Assembly: GCA_036447125.1 (NCBI GenBank)
Contig: JAZFUH010000056.1
Span: 1 to 26,107 of the forward strand
DNA: 26,107 nt
Direction of reading: 5' to 3'
Source of the DNA: Acidimicrobiia bacterium
Lineage (GTDB): Bacteria; Actinomycetota; Acidimicrobiia; Spongiisociales; UBA5794
In this document: piece after piece, positions 25,451 through 26,107 of the stretch
Numbering within the stretch: the stretch's first letter is position 1
Layout: each line of letters begins with the position of its first letter
Position numbers and translations under genes: made by a program
Notes under the pieces: generated by a model
What the model was told of the DNA's origin: nothing
Database searches by the model: none
Seen by the model: only the letters and a program-made list of their open reading frames with translations

Positions 25451-25912
25451 GTGACGACGCTCGCAAAGGCTGAAATCTATGAGAAGTACGCTGATCAGTT
25501 GATCCGTTTCGCCACCGGGCTTGTGGGGCCGAGCGATAGCCGAGATGTCGTGTCGGCTGCCGTGGTGAGTGCGATGTGGTCGCCGGGTTGGGATTCGGTG
25601 AGTCATGAGCGTGCGTACCTGCACAAGGCAGTACTCAACGAGGCTCGCCGAACCCTCCGCGACAGGGAGCGCCGACGCGTGGCTGAGCTTCAAGCGGCTG
25701 GAGGCTTACAGATCGATCGGCTTCCTGAGATTCGCCCCGACGTGCTTGAGGCCGTCTCGCGTCTTTCCGTGTCTCAGCGGGCGGTGGTGTTCCTTGCCTA
25801 TTGGGAGGATATGCGACCTGCTGAGATCGCCCGCTTCCTTTCTCTGAGCGACGGCACCGTGCACCGTCAACTCGCCAGAGCCGAGACACGGCTGAGGAGG
25901 ATTCTTCAATGA
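25451..25912 (+). CDS. ECF (sigma-70 group 4) RNA polymerase sigma factor
   Basis: Region 2 (YEKYADQLIRFATGLVG..DSRDVVS...RAYLHKAVLN) and region 4 (LSVSQRAVVFLAYWEDMRPAEIARFLSLSDGTVHRQLARA). Start GTG 25451 is a best guess. Confidence 0.92.
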   Translation: MTTLAKAEIYEKYADQLIRFATGLVGPSDSRDVVSAAVVSAMWSPGWDSVSHERAYLHKAVLNEARRTLRDRERRRVAELQAAGGLQIDRLPEIRPDVLEAVSRLSVSQRAVVFLAYWEDMRPAEIARFLSLSDGTVHRQLARAETRLRRILQ

Positions 25913-26107
25913 CAGGTGGACGTGATTCGCGTATCAGGGGTTTGATCGTGGAACTTGCAGAGTCGAGTCCTGAGGCTCCAACCTTTGCTGAGATCGAAGA
26001 GTCCGCAGCGGAACCTGTCGGTGAGGGGCAGGTCCGTCCATTGCGTGACATCAGGCCAGATGCCGAGGCCGACCGCGGTTGGCTGGTGGCGCTGATGGCT
26101 GGGGTGG
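25909..26107 (+). CDS. Probable membrane protein/anti-sigma partner, truncated by the right edge
   Basis: ATGA coupling to the sigma gene; MTGGRDSRIRGLIVELAESSPEAPTFAEIE...RGWLVALMAGV, with a hydrophobic segment starting at the edge. Confidence 0.7.
   Translation, partial: MTGGRDSRIRGLIVELAESSPEAPTFAEIEESAAEPVGEGQVRPLRDIRPDAEADRGWLVALMAGV

Noticed and set aside
1-26107. CRISPR arrays, tRNA/rRNA, IS elements, integrases, prophage genes
   Set aside because: No regularly spaced repeats, RNA gene signatures, terminal inverted repeats or transposase/integrase motifs were seen by eye.

Overview
A 26.1 kb, GC-rich, gene-dense chromosomal window, probably actinobacterial (Acidimicrobiia-like by inference from the Thr-rich lipoprotein linker and the ECF sigma/membrane-protein pair). 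Nearly all of it is one catabolic island for an unidentified substrate, arranged around a divergent promoter region at 6729-6878. Leftward (minus strand): SMP-30 lactonase, isochorismatase-family hydrolase with Ser at the catalytic Cys position, and a LIV-type ABC importer (livH, livM, lipoprotein SBP, livG, livF truncated by the window edge). Rightward (plus strand): a four-subunit xanthine-oxidase-family molybdenum hydroxylase with a split large subunit (FAD, 2Fe-2S, L, M; NdhFSLM-like), an LRA5-like SDR plus LRA6-like FAH hydrolase, a frameshifted minus-strand hypothetical gene, an L-lactate dehydrogenase module (LutC plus a LutB-LutA fusion), a Gfo/Idh/MocA oxidoreductase plus an oversized AP-endonuclease-2/xylose-isomerase-like TIM barrel, a split homologue of tomato Tm-1 (UPF0261 plus PF09370 TIM barrel) coupled to a cupin, EthD, CoxD-like AAA+ and CoxE-like VWA proteins, and a lactonase-like amidohydrolase with Asp->Asn at the catalytic position. 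A perfect 20 bp palindrome follows, then about 1.2 kb of lower-GC, apparently decayed sequence, an ECF sigma factor and the start of a probable membrane partner. No rRNA, tRNA, CRISPR, transposase or integrase is recognisable. All family assignments come from motif recognition and recalled sequences; no database search was run.
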